In this document: positions 61,342 through 64,000 of the stretch, in pieces | How positions within the stretch are numbered: the stretch's first letter is position 1 | Layout of the letters: every line of letters starts with the position of its first letter | Assembly (NCBI RefSeq): GCF_030684315.1 | Contig: NC_081373.1 | Location: 56,902,864 to 56,966,863 of the forward strand | Source: Stegostoma tigrinum | Lineage: Eukaryota | Direction of reading: 5' to 3' | Length of the DNA stretch: 64,000 bases | Notes under the pieces: model-generated | Told to the model about the DNA's origin: nothing | Databases searched by the model: none | What the model saw: the letters and a program-made list of their open reading frames with translations, nothing else | Program-made: the position numbers and the translations under genes

Positions 61342-64000
61342 AAAAATTATTTGACTAGATTACCAATTTAATGCAAAGTATCCACGATAACATCATCACA
61401 TTGCATCTGAGAGACAAGGTTCTGTTTTACACAATACACAAGGGTGAAAGACAATCCGAATAACTGGGGACTGCACAGGAAACTGATCTATGGGCTGTTT
61501 CTCGTTTGAGGAAGTTGTACTGTTTCCCAGTTATACCAGAGTATTCCCTGACTCCTGTGTTCGGTGAGCCTCAGGAGGTTACGTACTACCAGTGACCCTG
61601 TATACGCCAGAGGCAACTCTGGGCTCTCTTGCCTCTGGGTTCTTGATTCAAGACCCACTCTCTAGGGTTTAGGCACAAAGATTAGAAATTAACGTCAGTC
61701 AGATGAATGTAGAAAATCTTGTAGTACTGCTTGAAGAAGTGCATGTCTCTAAATTGTTAGAGCAAGGATATTATCATGTTGCTGACTGCATGAGCCTGAT
61801 ATGAGCAAATTCCTACTTTACAACAGTAGCAATAATTCAGACTTCAGTAACTGTAGAGCACTTTGAGATGGCTAGTATTATGAAAGGCAATATATAAATG
61901 CATGACTTTTAAAAATATCAATCTGTTGCTTTTTGCCCGACTTGTTTAATTCGCCCTCCTGAGGTGCATTTTCCTGCGTACTTCAGCTCGTTGTCTGTAA
62001 CCTTGTCAGGTTTTACCATCATAGAATTGAGACAGGCCTCCGATGGCCTGTAGTTATGTTTTAAAACTGGAAAGCCATTCCCTCAGTGAACCTTCTAATA
62101 TTGATGTGACTAATTTTGGTGGTGATTTGCAAATCAGACTCTACTTCTCTGCAAGACTTGATGATGAGAGATGGGCTCTTATGGCAACTTCCAAACATCC
62201 CCACTGTTCTTCAGTAAACAAAACTTAAAGGCCCGTGAGAATTCATGTAACTCATGTAGATGGCCCATAATTCTGGGAACATAACCTCCTGATACTCACA
62301 GAACACAGGAGTCAGGGGACACTCTGATTTCAACTGGGAAACTGTACAATTTACTTGGGTAAGCAACTCATAGCATTAGACCCAAATATAAGCAGCAAGC
62401 AGAAGGCAGCTCAAGGCCACCTTCTCAAGGGTGGTTAGGATGGGCTGTAATTGCTGGCTCACAACCTATAAGTCAAAAAAGAAAGGTGAACTGGGGCACA
62501 AGGTGAAATTGTTAAAAGTGAATTCTTTAGGGTGGATCTCAGGAGAATGGTAGGATTAGATTGCGCTCTGTGAATCAATGTTGACCAATATCTGTAAATT
62601 GCTTGGTTCATTAGCCTCTGGAGAAGGAATGTGATAATAATCTTAATTAAACAAATTGGGTCTTATGAAATAATGCCAAGGTTCAGGGTAAACTAGTCAA
62701 ACGGGGCCAAACCACTCCAGAAACAGCAGTGGGAAAGGTCAACGTACAAGATTGGAACTACAACTTAACAATTAGACCTTCAGTCTCAGTTATTATGCCT
62801 TCCTTTTGTCCTGCCTTCATTCCTTCCTTTAGGGTCAAGTTTCGTCTTTTCACAATTCATAATGCTCCATTGTTCAGTGTGCCTATGCTAGTTCTCTTGG
62901 TATTTTCTCTCCAAGAGCCTATGGTAGTGTTGTGGCAATATCTTAGTAATCCAGATGCCCCAGCCAGTGCCAGATGGTAGAAGTCACATGACCACAGTGA
63001 TACCAGAGGGCACTTTTGTCCAGTGTTACATTTCTCTCCCCAGCAGCACTCAACTGATCTCATTACTGTCACTCGCTTGGTCTCTTGCACAGTTTGTGAA
63101 ATGTGCTGTCAGGACTGTGCCACATATGTAGGGCAGTCCCGATGTTTAAAAGCTGAGCTGAAGTAAAGAAATTGACAAAATGTTATGCCTCAATGAGATG
63201 CTGCACTGAAAATCAAGATCCTCTAATCTCAGAGTCATCGCAAAAGTTAAATATTTAATAAAAGTACGCAGAATTCTCCAAATGTACCTTTCTTTTAGAG
63301 TTGGTTGGCAGACAGAAATTCTGCACCTAAACAAGAATTACTACTATGTCCCTGATTTACTTGCTTAGTTACTGGGAATCATTTTCCACTAATAATGAGA
63401 CATTGTGTATCATGAGATGTGGTTTATTGTCATTGAAACACAAGATTTATACATGCAATTCTATGAAACCTGTCTTTACCTCTGATTTCCTGAGTAACCT
63501 TGCAATTCTTAAATTACTATGTTCTTACACTGGTTTAAAATTTGCTTTGTAAGTGCGAGATGGTAAAGAAGTTGATGCTACTCTGGTTACAGCAGCCAAA
63601 CTGAAGCTGAGTCTGTTCTCCTAAAAACAAAGAACAAAGAAAATTACAGCACTGAGACAGTCCATTTGGCGAGTTCACATTTGGAAAGTCTCTGGCTTAC
63701 TGGTTAAGAGAGATAGCAATTACTGAGGGAAAATATAAACTGGCTTTCTTCAGATTGAAGATGGATTTTGATGCAGAGCAAAAAAACCACTTCTTCCTTT
63801 CCGGATGTCCAAATGTTTCTCATTCAAATAATTACACACCTAAGCTGTTCAGGTACCTGGGAGCAAATCACATAATGATTGGTTGGCAGGCAGGAATTAT
63901 TTCATTCATAGCTGGTAAATATTCTGCAGACCAATCAGCCATTTGTTGCTGGCCAAAGCTTCATTTGTACATATCCCAGTTTATCTGTAGCCAGGCTTCC

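Overview
Repeat-rich vertebrate genomic DNA. The repeat content (HE1-type tRNA SINEs, HER1/CR1 LINEs with (CTATGTT)n tails, a SacSINE1/Deu-type SINE) points to a shark; this is an inference. Three spliced genes were reconstructed by hand. (1) The 5' end (2 exons) of an inorganic pyrophosphatase of the PPA1/PPA2 family, on the minus strand, running off the left edge. (2) A DPY30-domain gene (DYDC1-like, about 191 aa, 5 coding exons, minus strand). (3) Divergent from it, a PRXL2A/FAM213A orthologue (216 codons, 5 coding exons, plus strand). Its catalytic CxxC motif reads TGA-TTC-TTG-TGC (UxxC) and its 3'UTR holds a canonical SECIS hairpin, so it is selenoprotein U; it also uses a GC-AG intron. 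The ORF track misses the TGA-containing reading of this gene. The window also has a family of Penelope-like (GIY-YIG) retroelement derivatives carrying minimal hammerhead ribozyme cores. They insert as fold-back palindromes with 11-15 bp TSDs, and one 65-bp copy starts exactly at the predicted self-cleavage site. Other content: a decayed Ty1/copia remnant, solo-LTR candidates, a GC-rich 47-bp minisatellite in the bidirectional promoter, and many CR1/L2 fragments. Repeat boundaries are approximate; exon boundaries were checked for splice signals and phase. Family assignments rest on recalled sequences, not database searches.
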